56,714 bases of DNA from Candidatus Nomurabacteria bacterium (GCA_020851595.1 JADZCK010000019.1:1-56714); one strand, 5' to 3'. Counted from the stretch's first letter, positions 1 to 9,923 are shown. Translations and numbers: made by a program. The notes: generated by a model not told the origin, from the sequence alone.

Positions 1-83
1 AAGGCCTCTCTACTGGTACTGAGCTAGAATATTCCGACAACGACACTCTAAAAAATGCACTAAAAAATAGACAGTAAAAATAC

Positions 84-113
84 TTGACAGTATGTATTTT
101 TATTTGATATAAA
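84..113 (+). promoter_or_regulatory. sigma70-type promoter (TTGACA, 18-nt spacer, extended -10 TGaTATAAA)
   Basis: ttgaca at 84-89, tg at 105-106, tataaa at 108-113. GGAGGA SD and the ATG at 130 follow. Confidence 0.55.
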
Positions 114-129
114 AACATTGGAGGAATCA

Positions 130-312
130 ATGATTAAAATCGTATGTCCTGTTGAAAAAAAACAGGGAGAAAACAACCCACATGTTCCGATCGACAAACT
201 GGTTGGTGTTATGTTAAGAAATGAAAGGAACCTAACAGAAAAGGAACTAGAGCATGTCAAATCATGCAAATACTGCCAATCAAAGCTGCTGGTCGCAATG
301 GCAGCTTATTGA
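130..312 (+). CDS. small (60 aa) protein with H-x3-C-x2-C (zf-HC2 / ZAS-like) motif
   Basis: The ORF track starts at a TTG (118). The ATG at 130 has GGAGGA 5 nt upstream. Motif LEHVKSCKYCQSKL. A GC-rich hairpin terminator follows. Confidence 0.5.
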   Translation: MIKIVCPVEKKQGENNPHVPIDKLVGVMLRNERNLTEKELEHVKSCKYCQSKLLVAMAAY

Positions 313-315
313 TCC

Positions 316-366
316 GCCCCGCGACAGAAAAGCCCCACGGCTTTCGTCGCGGGGCTTTTCTTTTTG
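316..366 (+). terminator. rho-independent terminator (10-bp GC stem plus T tract)
   Basis: gccccgcgac (316-325) pairs with gtcgcggggc (346-355), followed by ttttcttttt. It lies between convergent genes, so it may also serve rplU. Confidence 0.8.
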
Positions 367-371
367 TATAT

Positions 372-698
372 CTATTTTATTGAAGTGATTTTTACTTTGA
401 GGAAGGGTTGGCGGTGGCCGTTTCTTTTTAGATAGCGAGATTTTTGTTTATATTTAACAACCATGACTTTTCGAGAACGGCCGATTTCAGCAATTTCAGC
501 ATCTACTTTTGCGCCTTTGATGTAAGGAGTACCGATAGTGGTATCTTTGCCATCATCAACAAGAAGAACTTTGTCGAAGGATATCTTGTCCCCTTTTTTA
601 TACTCTCCCTTTATTTTCTCAATAGAAACAAAACCTCCTTCGGAGACCTTGTATTGTTTACCGCCCGTTTGTATTACAGCAAATTCCTCTTTTGTCAT
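372..698 (-). CDS. rplU: 50S ribosomal protein L21
   Basis: FAVIQTGGKQYKV...KYKQKSRYLKRNGHRQPFLKVKI is typical L21. Start trimmed to the internal ATG (cat at 696-698); the 23-aa N-terminal extension in the track looks spurious. Confidence 0.9.
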   Translation of the reverse strand: MTKEEFAVIQTGGKQYKVSEGGFVSIEKIKGEYKKGDKISFDKVLLVDDGKDTTIGTPYIKGAKVDAEIAEIGRSRKVMVVKYKQKSRYLKRNGHRQPFLKVKITSIK

Positions 699-757
699 AT
701 TCGTATATATTATATGAAATTTCACAAAAAGGCAAGCGTTTGTTATACTAAAACCAT

Positions 758-1765
758 ATGCAACCAAAAATCATAGAGAAATACTTTTTCTTTGGGCTTT
801 TATTAACAACTTTAATTTTTACGTTTTTCATTTTTAGACCTTTTTGGATCGTCCTTGTATTAGGAGCTTCTTTTGCGATAATACTTTATCCTGTACATGA
901 ATGGCTGAACAAAAAACATTTACCGAACTGGCTTGCATCATTTTTAACTTTGTTGTTTTTTGTAATAGTTCTATGCATACCTCTTTTCAGTATTGGATCG
1001 ATAGTTTTTAACCAATCGCAGAATCTTTATCATTCTGTGATCAACAATGGAAATAGTTTCCCATTTATAAATGAAGTTGGAATTAAAATTAATAGCATAT
1101 TGCCTAGCGGAGTATATTTTGACATAAATCAGAAAATTTCCAGTCTTATTTCTTTGTTTACAAACAATATTGCAAATATATTTACCGCTACGGTCTCAGC
1201 ACTACTTTCCTTTGTACTTATGCTTTTAGCTATTTTTTATTTCTTAAAGGATGGAAATAATTGGAGGAAAACAATATTAAGATTGAGTCCCCTTTCAGAT
1301 ACTGATGATGAAAAAATAATAAACAAACTTTCTCAAACCATAAACGGCGTAATGAAAGGAACTCTTTTTATTGCGATAGTTCAGGGTATTCTTATGGCTA
1401 TCGGCCTTACTATATTTGGTGTACAAAATGCTGCTATCTGGGGTGTCGTGGCTGCTATCACTTCCCTTATCCCCACAGTAGGAACTGCGATAGTTTCTAT
1501 CCCTGCGATTATTTTCCTTTTTGTAACTGGCTATACATTTTCTGCTGTTGGACTTCTTGTTTGGGCAACTATAGTAGTAGGAACTATCGATAATTTCTTA
1601 ACTCCATACATCATTGGAAACAAAATAAGTATTCCTCCTTTCCTTATACTTTTCTCTGTTTTGGGAGGTATTGCCCTACTTGGCCCCGTCGGAGTATTAA
1701 TAGGTCCTCTTACTGTGAGTCTTCTTTACACTTTAATAGAAATGTACCAAAGCCAATTTAACTAA
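758..1765 (+). CDS. AI-2E family (PerM/UPF0118) transporter
   Basis: 335-aa polytopic membrane protein. The family-typical layout and glycine-rich C-terminal helices (GGIALLGPVGVLIGPL) are present. Confidence 0.75.
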   Translation: MQPKIIEKYFFFGLLLTTLIFTFFIFRPFWIVLVLGASFAIILYPVHEWLNKKHLPNWLASFLTLLFFVIVLCIPLFSIGSIVFNQSQNLYHSVINNGNSFPFINEVGIKINSILPSGVYFDINQKISSLISLFTNNIANIFTATVSALLSFVLMLLAIFYFLKDGNNWRKTILRLSPLSDTDDEKIINKLSQTINGVMKGTLFIAIVQGILMAIGLTIFGVQNAAIWGVVAAITSLIPTVGTAIVSIPAIIFLFVTGYTFSAVGLLVWATIVVGTIDNFLTPYIIGNKISIPPFLILFSVLGGIALLGPVGVLIGPLTVSLLYTLIEMYQSQFN

Positions 1766-1774
1766 ATAAATTAA

Positions 1775-3163
1775 ATGCCCTTAAAATTCTACAATACCTT
1801 AACCAGAGAAAAAGAAATATTTACTCCGATCGATCCACCAAATGTAGGATTTTATTCTTGTGGACCGACAGTATACAATTATGCGCACATTGGAAATTTA
1901 AGATCTTATGTGTTAGCAGATATTATTCAAAAAACACTCGAGTTTTATGGATATAAAGTAAAACGAGTTATGAATATAACTGACATAGGACATTTGACTA
2001 GTGATGCTGATGATGGAGAAGACAAAATGGTAAAAGGATTAAAACGCGAAGGTAAACCTTTTACCCTAGAAGCGATGAAAGAGCTAGCTGTTTTTTACAA
2101 AGATAAATTCATGGATGATTTAAAAGATATGAATATCAAAAGTCCCGATATCATAGCTTTTGCAAGTGATCATATAAAAGAAGATGTAGATATGATCGAA
2201 ACACTCTTAGAAAGAGCATTTGCGTATAAAACTAGTGATGGAATTTATTTTGAAATAGCCAAATTCCCCGATTACTGGAATCTATCTGGCAGGAAAAAGG
2301 GTTCTCTAGAAAACACCGAATCGAGAATCGGAGAAAATTTAGAGAAAAAAAATCAAGCAGATTTTGTGCTTTGGAAGTTTTCAGATAAAAATAATTTAGG
2401 GTATGAAACAAAACTAGGAAAAGGATTCCCGGGCTGGCACATAGAATGTTCAGCTATGGGAGTAAAATACTTGGGAGAACAATTTGATATACATACAGGA
2501 GGCATCGATCATATCCCAGTGCATCACACAAACGAGATAGCTCAATCAGAATCTGCTACTGGTAAAAAACCATTTGTTAAGTTTTGGATGCATAATGAAT
2601 TTATAGATACAGGGGGAGAAAAAATGGCAAAATCTGGAGACAATTTTACTACCCTTCGAACTCTTATCGAAAAAGGCATCAATCCTATCGCCTACCGTTT
2701 TTGGCTTTTAATGGCTCATTATCGCACTAAAATGAACTTTAATTACTCAGCCCTAGAAGGTGCCGAAATCGCTCTGAAACGCCTTTATGGGCTTTATTTA
2801 GGGTTAGGAGATACTATCGGAAATGTACATCAAGAATACCAAAATAAATTCAAAGAATATCTTGAAGATGATCTCGATACCCCAAGGGCCTTAACTATTC
2901 TTTGGGATGTATTCAAGGATGAAAATATAAGAGATGCCGACAAAAAAGCAACAGTTTTGGACTTTGATAAAGTACTTGGTTTGGGTTTTAAAAATCTAAA
3001 AAAAGAAGCGATTCCAGAAAATATTTTAAAACTTGCAGAAGAACGCGAAGAAGCGCGCAAGAATAAAGATTTCAAAAAATCTGATGAGTTGCGAGCAGAA
3101 ATAAATTCTCTTGGTTATGAAGTCAAAGATACGGCAGAGGGTCAGAGAGTTTCTAAAATATAA
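1775..3163 (+). CDS. cysS: cysteine--tRNA ligase
   Basis: HIGN motif (YNYAHIGNLRSY), KMSKS-type motif (KMAKSGDN), GWHIECSAM zinc/cysteine-binding region. Confidence 0.93.
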   Translation: MPLKFYNTLTREKEIFTPIDPPNVGFYSCGPTVYNYAHIGNLRSYVLADIIQKTLEFYGYKVKRVMNITDIGHLTSDADDGEDKMVKGLKREGKPFTLEAMKELAVFYKDKFMDDLKDMNIKSPDIIAFASDHIKEDVDMIETLLERAFAYKTSDGIYFEIAKFPDYWNLSGRKKGSLENTESRIGENLEKKNQADFVLWKFSDKNNLGYETKLGKGFPGWHIECSAMGVKYLGEQFDIHTGGIDHIPVHHTNEIAQSESATGKKPFVKFWMHNEFIDTGGEKMAKSGDNFTTLRTLIEKGINPIAYRFWLLMAHYRTKMNFNYSALEGAEIALKRLYGLYLGLGDTIGNVHQEYQNKFKEYLEDDLDTPRALTILWDVFKDENIRDADKKATVLDFDKVLGLGFKNLKKEAIPENILKLAEEREEARKNKDFKKSDELRAEINSLGYEVKDTAEGQRVSKI

Positions 3164-3202
3164 ACGTTTGCATTAAAAATAAATAATGTTAATTTAACAT
3201 AT

Positions 3203-4102
3203 ATGATAAAAACAATTATAAATGAAAAAAATATAGATAACGCGGACGTAGTTTTACTTTCAGCACCATACGAAAAAACAGCGTCTTCACACAAAGGCAC
3301 TGTATATGGCCCAGAGAAAGTGATCGAATGCTTAGACACTCAAATCGAATTTTTCGACAGAAATTTTAAAACAGAAGTAAGTAACTTTGTAAAAATTGCA
3401 CATGTATACTTAGATAATTTAGAAAATCTATCCCCTATTGACGCTTTAGAAAAAATAAAAAGCAACGCAAAAAAATTAATTGAAAAAAATAAATTTATTT
3501 TTCTTTTGGGAGGTGAACATTCTGTGTCTATAGGAGTATTTCAAGAGTTGACAAAAAAATATAATCCAAAAGATGTCACAATAATGCAAATAGATGCGCA
3601 TTGTGATTTACGTGAAAATGATAGCGATTATAGCGACACACCTTCTGACCTTGCGCATTCTACAGTAATGCGTCACGCAAGCTCTCTCGGCTATCCTATT
3701 ATCCAAGTCGGCATACGCACTTATTCCAAAGATGAATACGAATATTTCAGTAACAAGAAAAATAACGTAAAAGTTTTTGAATGGAGCAGAAAAATACCCA
3801 AAATTACAGATATTACAAGAAGTATTAAGACAAAATATTTATACATTACGATAGACGTAGATGGTTTTGATCCAAGCTTTATGCCGGGCACAGGTACAGC
3901 TGTCCAAGGAGGTCTTGAATGGTGGTACGGCATAGAACTTCTAGAAAAAGCAATTAAAAAAGCCGAACTTGTAGGCGCAGATATAGTAGAAGTCTCTCCG
4001 GTCGCTGACTCAGTCCTTACTGAATACGGCGCAGCGCAACTCTGCTATACAATGATCGCAAATAAATATCAGAAAAGATTTTCTAAAAAGTCTAAGAGGT
4101 AA
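3203..4102 (+). CDS. speB: arginase-family ureohydrolase, probably agmatinase
   Basis: Metal-binding motifs GGEHSVSIG, IDAHCDLR, ITIDVDGFDPSFMPGTGT. Confidence 0.7.
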   Translation: MIKTIINEKNIDNADVVLLSAPYEKTASSHKGTVYGPEKVIECLDTQIEFFDRNFKTEVSNFVKIAHVYLDNLENLSPIDALEKIKSNAKKLIEKNKFIFLLGGEHSVSIGVFQELTKKYNPKDVTIMQIDAHCDLRENDSDYSDTPSDLAHSTVMRHASSLGYPIIQVGIRTYSKDEYEYFSNKKNNVKVFEWSRKIPKITDITRSIKTKYLYITIDVDGFDPSFMPGTGTAVQGGLEWWYGIELLEKAIKKAELVGADIVEVSPVADSVLTEYGAAQLCYTMIANKYQKRFSKKSKR

Positions 4103-4688
4103 TTTCTCTTTTAAAATTAAAAAAGTTTCTCCTATACATACAAAATAATATTGCTAAGTTTATTAGTATTAGATAAATACCAAAAGAATAAACAGAAAAA
4201 ATCCAATTTTTTATAATTAATAAACCTAGAATATTATTGAATATCCCCATCAGATAAATCGTAGAGTTTTCTGTTTCTGGAAATTTCCAAGATTTTACAA
4301 GAGTAGGTACTGCAGCTAATCCATCACTCAATATTGCAAAAAATATAGATATTCCTAAATTGTGAGTAAATACATAAAAAATTAAAGCTAGAAATGCAAA
4401 AATTCCACAATAAATATCGAAAGTATCGATTTTCCAATATGCATTCTTTTTTAATAAAGAAAACACAATGACAAGCAATGGGCCAAAACCAGCCATAAAC
4501 ACAGGCAAAGCTGACAAGTTAGCTCCCGCTTTAATTTGGAAAAATACTCCAATAAATGGAGCTAACATCCAAAGAAACCAAGATACAAGATTCGGTTTAG
4601 TTTGACCATAAAAAATATCTTTCAAATAAAAAAAGATGCCGACAAAGCTAGTCAAAATCGTAACGTAAATTATTTTTTCAGGAAGCAT
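4092..4688 (-). CDS. polytopic membrane protein, function unknown
   Basis: 198 aa and almost entirely hydrophobic helices. No motif recognised. Confidence 0.5.
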   Translation of the reverse strand: MLPEKIIYVTILTSFVGIFFYLKDIFYGQTKPNLVSWFLWMLAPFIGVFFQIKAGANLSALPVFMAGFGPLLVIVFSLLKKNAYWKIDTFDIYCGIFAFLALIFYVFTHNLGISIFFAILSDGLAAVPTLVKSWKFPETENSTIYLMGIFNNILGLLIIKNWIFSVYSFGIYLILINLAILFCMYRRNFFNFKREITS

Positions 4689-4695
4689 TAATTAA

Positions 4696-5790
4696 TTATA
4701 TACCTTCTTTTTTTAGTTCTTCTATAAGCTCGCGGGATTTGCGAGAAAGTTTATTTGGAAGTTTTATGTTTAGTTTAATCAAAAGATCACCACGTTTATT
4801 CTTAGAGGTTGGAACACCCTTGCCTCTTACACGAAGAACCTCATTAATAGAAACACCTTCTGGAATAGTAACTTCTATGTCTCCATCGAGTGTCTTTATC
4901 GGATATTTAGTTCCGAGGAGTGCGTCAGAAAGATTTAAATTCAAACTCATAACGAGATCGTTTCCCTCCCGCTTAAAAACTGGGTGTGGCGCTACGTTTA
5001 TTTTAATATAAAGGTCTCCAGTAGTACCTCTTGAGATAGCTTCTCCATATCCCGTCATACGAACCATCTCTCCATCGCGAATTCCTGCAGGGATATTAAT
5101 AGATATTTCTTCTTCACGACGAAGCACTCCTTTACCCTTACATTTATCACAAATTTCTTTGGGAACTTCGCCAGAACCTAAGCAAACTTCACAAATTTCT
5201 GTATTGGCAATAGTGCCAAATATTGTTCTTTTTTGTTCATGAACTTTACCTTGACCATTACAATGTTTACATGTTTCCATTTTAGATCCCGCTTTTGCGC
5301 CAGAACCATTGCAAGCCAAACAATTTGAAGTTTTAGTAATTAAAATTTTTCTATTTACACCAAAAATAGATTCAGAAAAAGAAATTTGTATTTCTGTAGA
5401 AATATCTCTACCTCTTCTAGCTTGAGCTCTGCCTCCTCCCATTCCTCCACCAAAAAAATCACTGAAGATATCATTTAAGTTGCCAAAATCAAAATCTGCT
5501 CCAGCGCCATTTTGGAAACCAGAGAAATCGAAACCACCAAAACCTCCTTGCTGCGCTCCTCCGTATCCGGCTCCCATATTTTCAAAACCAGATCCAAATT
5601 GATCGTATTTTGAACGTTTTGCATCATCAGAAAGCACTTGATAAGCCTCATTCACTTCTTTGAATTTTGCTTCGTCTCCACCTTTTTTGTCAGGGTGATA
5701 TTTGTGCGCCAATTTGTAAAAAGCCTTCTTGATTTCATCTTTAGAAGCGCTCTTAGGAACACCTAAAATTTCATAATAGTCTTGTTTCAT
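4696..5790 (-). CDS. dnaJ: molecular chaperone DnaJ
   Basis: J domain (DYYEILGV...HPDK), G/F-rich region, four CxxCxGxG zinc-finger repeats. Confidence 0.95.
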   Translation of the reverse strand: MKQDYYEILGVPKSASKDEIKKAFYKLAHKYHPDKKGGDEAKFKEVNEAYQVLSDDAKRSKYDQFGSGFENMGAGYGGAQQGGFGGFDFSGFQNGAGADFDFGNLNDIFSDFFGGGMGGGRAQARRGRDISTEIQISFSESIFGVNRKILITKTSNCLACNGSGAKAGSKMETCKHCNGQGKVHEQKRTIFGTIANTEICEVCLGSGEVPKEICDKCKGKGVLRREEEISINIPAGIRDGEMVRMTGYGEAISRGTTGDLYIKINVAPHPVFKREGNDLVMSLNLNLSDALLGTKYPIKTLDGDIEVTIPEGVSINEVLRVRGKGVPTSKNKRGDLLIKLNIKLPNKLSRKSRELIEELKKEGI

Positions 5791-5819
5791 AAGCTTATTT
5801 TGCTATTGTAGCACAAATT

Positions 5820-7190
5820 TTATTTAATGTTAAGTTTTTCTTCTTCGATAATTATTCGCGCAGCCTCTTCTTTAGGAATAGAATATTTTCTACGAGATGC
5901 TTCCATAATTTCTTCTCGATAAGAAGAGTGTATTGGTGGAAGAACTTTTAATGTTTCTGCAGAAAATGGATCGTAAGACTCACCATCTATCGTCATTTTT
6001 ATATAAAATTCGGTAACACCAAGATTGATCATATCTTTGGTTCCAAAAACAGGATCGAATTCTGGTTTCAATCTTACCGCATCTTCGCCCCCAACACGAA
6101 AAGTGATAACGCTTCCAATATTTCCAAGTATTGCTTGATAAACTTTTGGCAAAATTTGCCCGACATATTGATGGGCTATTGTTAGATTTAATCCATATTT
6201 TCTTGCTTCGGCTAAAATATTTTCAAAAGTTTGAGTTACCACATTTTGAAATTCATCTATATAAAGATAAAAATCTTTGCGGTCTTTTTCTAACATAGAA
6301 GCCCGTTCCATACCTGCTTGCTTTATTTTTGTTAAAAACAAAGCGCCAAGAAAAGATGAATTTTCTTCTCCGAGTCTGCCTTTTGAAAGATTTATAAGAA
6401 TTATTTTATTTTCGCTCATCAATTTTCCTATATCAATTTTATTTTCTTGTTGAGAAAAAATATTTCGAAGCAATGGGTCTGATATAAACTGTCCGAGTTT
6501 ATTCACAAGAGGGATAATAGCGTCAGTATCAAATTTCTCAGACCAATCAGCAAACTCAACAGCAAAGAATCTCTTTACCATATCGTCGGTAATATACCCA
6601 ATTACTTTTTGTCGATAATTTTTATCGGTAAGCATCGATATCATACCGCGCATCGTAGCGTCTGGATAATCAAGTAATGCCAAGCAAGTAAAACGAAAAA
6701 CATGTTCCAAGCGAGGAGTCCAGTTTGTACCAAATTGTTTTTGGAAAACTTCGATTAAACCTTGAGTTAATTGAAACTTAAACATCGGATCAACGTTTAC
6801 AAGAGGGTTAAAAGAGGCGGGGAAATCGATATCTGCTGGGTCTATGATACACACATCTTCTATCCTTTCTTGCGGAATATAATCCAAAATAGCATCTACA
6901 ATATCTCCATGTGGGTCAATAAGGCAAAGACCGTGTCCATAAGATATATCTTGACGAATAAAAAGCTCCATAAGTTTGGTTTTACCCACACCCGCCTTCC
7001 CGATCACATACAGATGTCTTCTTCTGTCAATACGTTTAATCCCGAAAATAAACTTTTTTTCCTCTAGAGAAGCTACATAATTCGTCCTTCCAATAAAAGA
7101 AACATCTTCGGGTTTAATTTTTCCAAAGATTGGTAATTCCGGAGGAGGAGGCGCGTATTTGATTATTTGCACTCTATTAGGACTTGGCAT
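5820..7190 (-). CDS. soluble TraD/VirD4 (type IV coupling protein)-like P-loop ATPase, paralog 1
   Basis: Walker A GKAGVGKT, Walker B FYLYIDEFQN, no N-terminal TM helices. Alignable along its length with the 7951-9915 product. Confidence 0.65.
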   Translation of the reverse strand: MPSPNRVQIIKYAPPPPELPIFGKIKPEDVSFIGRTNYVASLEEKKFIFGIKRIDRRRHLYVIGKAGVGKTKLMELFIRQDISYGHGLCLIDPHGDIVDAILDYIPQERIEDVCIIDPADIDFPASFNPLVNVDPMFKFQLTQGLIEVFQKQFGTNWTPRLEHVFRFTCLALLDYPDATMRGMISMLTDKNYRQKVIGYITDDMVKRFFAVEFADWSEKFDTDAIIPLVNKLGQFISDPLLRNIFSQQENKIDIGKLMSENKIILINLSKGRLGEENSSFLGALFLTKIKQAGMERASMLEKDRKDFYLYIDEFQNVVTQTFENILAEARKYGLNLTIAHQYVGQILPKVYQAILGNIGSVITFRVGGEDAVRLKPEFDPVFGTKDMINLGVTEFYIKMTIDGESYDPFSAETLKVLPPIHSSYREEIMEASRRKYSIPKEEAARIIIEEEKLNIK

Positions 7191-7224
7191 ACTTTGATTA
7201 TACCAATAATATATTGATTCTTCA

Positions 7225-7950
7225 ATGATAAAAATGTATTATGAAAATATGAAAATCCATAGATTTATCGGAGTTTTTGATTTATCAAAAAAAGAGATAG
7301 AAATCGTAAATCCTGAAAATATTAAGCAAATAAGGGATGTTTTGAGGCTTAAGATTGGTGAAAAAATAATTATTTCCGATGGTAAAGGCAAGGAGGCTGA
7401 GACTGCAATTAACGAGGTATCAAAAGATAAAATATTAGTATCTGTGTTGGAATTAACAAATAAAAAAGAACAGGAAAGAAAAATATCATTATATTTAGCA
7501 ATATTAAAAAAAGAAAATTTTGAATTGGCTGTGCAAAAAGCCGTAGAAGTTGGGGTTTCAAATATTGTTCCTATTGTCACAGAAAGAACGATCAAAACAG
7601 GGTTAAATATTGATCGCTTAGAAAAAATAATTCTTGAAGCCAGCGAACAATCCGGTAGAAGTACCGTACCTACAATATCCTCTATTTTTAATTTCAAAGA
7701 TGCGTTAGAAATTGGAAAAAGTTCAGAAGAAAAATTTATATTTCACACGAAAGAAGAAAATAGTGTTTACACACCAAACAAAACAGCAAAAAATGTTAGT
7801 ATATTTATTGGACCAGAGGGAGGATTTACAGAAAAAGAGATAGGTCTTGCTAAAGATTCTGGCTATTTTGTTGCATCCTTAGGCACACTCACACTACGAG
7901 GAGAAACTGCGGCAATAGTAGCCACATACCGCGCAGTGAATGCAATATAA
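7225..7950 (+). CDS. rsmE: 16S rRNA (uracil1498-N3)-methyltransferase RsmE
   Basis: Typical M-x-HRF N-terminus and C-terminal GPEGGF...LG..ILR.ETA motif. The true start may be the ATG at 7249 (MKIHRF). Confidence 0.85.
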   Translation: MIKMYYENMKIHRFIGVFDLSKKEIEIVNPENIKQIRDVLRLKIGEKIIISDGKGKEAETAINEVSKDKILVSVLELTNKKEQERKISLYLAILKKENFELAVQKAVEVGVSNIVPIVTERTIKTGLNIDRLEKIILEASEQSGRSTVPTISSIFNFKDALEIGKSSEEKFIFHTKEENSVYTPNKTAKNVSIFIGPEGGFTEKEIGLAKDSGYFVASLGTLTLRGETAAIVATYRAVNAI

Positions 7951-9915
7951 TTATTCTTCTAAGATTTTCTTTAATACTTCTTCAGGAACTTCCTTAACCT
8001 TTTGAGTAGAATCTATGTCGGGCTTTTTTTCTTCTGCCTCTTCTTTTGCGCTCTCTTCTTTTTCGGATTTCCCTGTTTTATCTACCTGAGTAGCAGAAAT
8101 TAAATCTTTCAATTTGTTCATTTCTTCTTTCGTAGCAGACCTATCTTTTAAGGTGTTTATATCTTTACTAATTTCTTTTGTTTTATTCTTGAGAGCATCT
8201 AGAGAAACTGGTTCCGGTGTGGGTATGGGAGTAGCAAGAGTTTTATTTAAAATATCTCTCAAAGCTGAGTTGCTTTTTTCTGGTGGTTTATTGTTGAGAA
8301 CTTTTTTAGCGATACTAGGTATCTTACTCTTGTCATTTGAACCATTTTGCGAATTTCCATTTTTGGGTTTAAATTCTATACCAAGATCAGAAAGTGGTTT
8401 ATAAAATTTTGACTCATCATATTTGATCTGGTCTTCTCCCCTCTTTTCCACCTTAACTTCTCCAGACTTTATTTTTGCTATACATTCTTTACAATACGCA
8501 GGCCTTCCAGGTTCTGGTTTAAAAGGAACAGTTTTCTCTTTTCCACACAAAGAACAAATTATAGGGAATTTACCAACACCCCCAGATGAATCACCATTAC
8601 CCAGTGACATTTCACTCCATTCATTTATTTCTCTTTCTACTATTTCTCTAGGCCTACAATATAAATCACGAGAAGTTCTAATCACTTCTTCTTCTATTTT
8701 TTTATTTCCAGATTTTACCATTTGAGGTAAAGTTTTTGCGGAGAAAGGTCTTGACGTCACACCATCAATCATTAACTTTAAATAAATTTTATAGTTTGGT
8801 AAGTTAACAATATCTTGGGGTGTAAATTCTGGATCAAACTCTTTTTCTAGAAATTTTGCGTCATCAGAACCAACTCTGAAAACAATCATCGTTCCAACGT
8901 TACCGAAAACAGCGTCACGAACAGCCGTACTTTTATCTACAACAAGTTGGGCGGTATACTGATGAGCCACAGTAAGATTTAATCTATATTTTCTAGCCTC
9001 AGACAAAATACCCGCAAAAGCATCAGTAACGAAATTTTGGAATTCGTCGACATATAGATAAAAATCTTTTCGGTGTTCCTCTGGAATACGCACACGTTCC
9101 ATGGCGGCAAGTTGAATCTTGGTAATAATCATTCCTCCGAGTAAGCCAGAATTATCTTCACCGATACGCCCCTTTGAAACATTTACAAGAAAAATCTTTC
9201 CATCGTTCATAATATCAAAAACATTTATAGTGCTTTTTGATTGACCGACGACATTTCTTATTATAGAAGTAGAAAGAAACTGCCCGACTTTATTTTGAAT
9301 CGGAGCGATAGCCTCATTTCTAAATTTTTCCTGCCAAGCTTCATATTCATGAACCCAAAAAGCTTTTATAACAGGATCTTTCAAATTTGCGATTATTTTT
9401 TGACGATAATCTTTATCCACGAGCATTCTAGGAATTCCAAGAAGTGTAGTGCCTGGAGTATCAAGTAAAGCCAAAATACAATTGTTTAAAATATATTCCA
9501 TTCTAGCGCTCCAAGCATTCGCCCAAATCTTCGTAAATATTCCCATCAATCCAGAAGCTACAAGATGTTTATATTGTGGATCTATAAGTTCAAGTACATT
9601 AAAACCAATATGGTAGTCAGTGTCAGCTGGATTAAAGTAAACTACATCTTTCATACGATGAGGAGGAATAGCCGAAAGCACTCCTTCCACGAGCTCTCCG
9701 TGAGGATCTACCACACACACACCTTCACCATTCTGAATATTCTGAATAATCATATTAAACATAAGCACAGATTTACCTGTACCAGATTTTCCGAGAATAT
9801 AAACATGTTGACGCCTGTCTTTGCGTTTTATTCCAAATAGCTGGTTTTTGTCACGAAATGTTGTAAGTCCAAGGTAAGTGATATCTTTATTTATAGGTAT
9901 TTCTGGCAAATCCAT
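7951..9915 (-). CDS. soluble TraD/VirD4-like P-loop ATPase, paralog 2, with C-terminal CxxC-x17-CxxC zinc ribbon and K/E-rich tail
   Basis: Walker A GKSGTGKS, Walker B FYLYVDEFQN. CSLCGKEKTVPFKPEPGRPAYCKEC is encoded at 8482-8556, followed by a low-complexity charged tail. Confidence 0.7.
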   Translation of the reverse strand: MDLPEIPINKDITYLGLTTFRDKNQLFGIKRKDRRQHVYILGKSGTGKSVLMFNMIIQNIQNGEGVCVVDPHGELVEGVLSAIPPHRMKDVVYFNPADTDYHIGFNVLELIDPQYKHLVASGLMGIFTKIWANAWSARMEYILNNCILALLDTPGTTLLGIPRMLVDKDYRQKIIANLKDPVIKAFWVHEYEAWQEKFRNEAIAPIQNKVGQFLSTSIIRNVVGQSKSTINVFDIMNDGKIFLVNVSKGRIGEDNSGLLGGMIITKIQLAAMERVRIPEEHRKDFYLYVDEFQNFVTDAFAGILSEARKYRLNLTVAHQYTAQLVVDKSTAVRDAVFGNVGTMIVFRVGSDDAKFLEKEFDPEFTPQDIVNLPNYKIYLKLMIDGVTSRPFSAKTLPQMVKSGNKKIEEEVIRTSRDLYCRPREIVEREINEWSEMSLGNGDSSGGVGKFPIICSLCGKEKTVPFKPEPGRPAYCKECIAKIKSGEVKVEKRGEDQIKYDESKFYKPLSDLGIEFKPKNGNSQNGSNDKSKIPSIAKKVLNNKPPEKSNSALRDILNKTLATPIPTPEPVSLDALKNKTKEISKDINTLKDRSATKEEMNKLKDLISATQVDKTGKSEKEESAKEEAEEKKPDIDSTQKVKEVPEEVLKKILEE

Positions 9916-9923
9916 ATGTTTAA

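Noticed and set aside
1-60. Possible tRNA fragment on the minus strand at the left edge (ctagctcagtaccagtagag resembles a D arm).
   Set aside because: I could not fold a consistent acceptor and D stem, and the sequence is cut by the window edge, so it is not supportable.
372-767. 131-aa version of L21, and the 44311-45063 / 45002-45406 and 22026-22544 / 22504-23724 overlaps suggested by the ORF track.
   Set aside because: Internal ATGs (698, 45000, 22496) give canonical N-termini or signal peptides and remove the overlaps. The longer forms add non-homologous residues.
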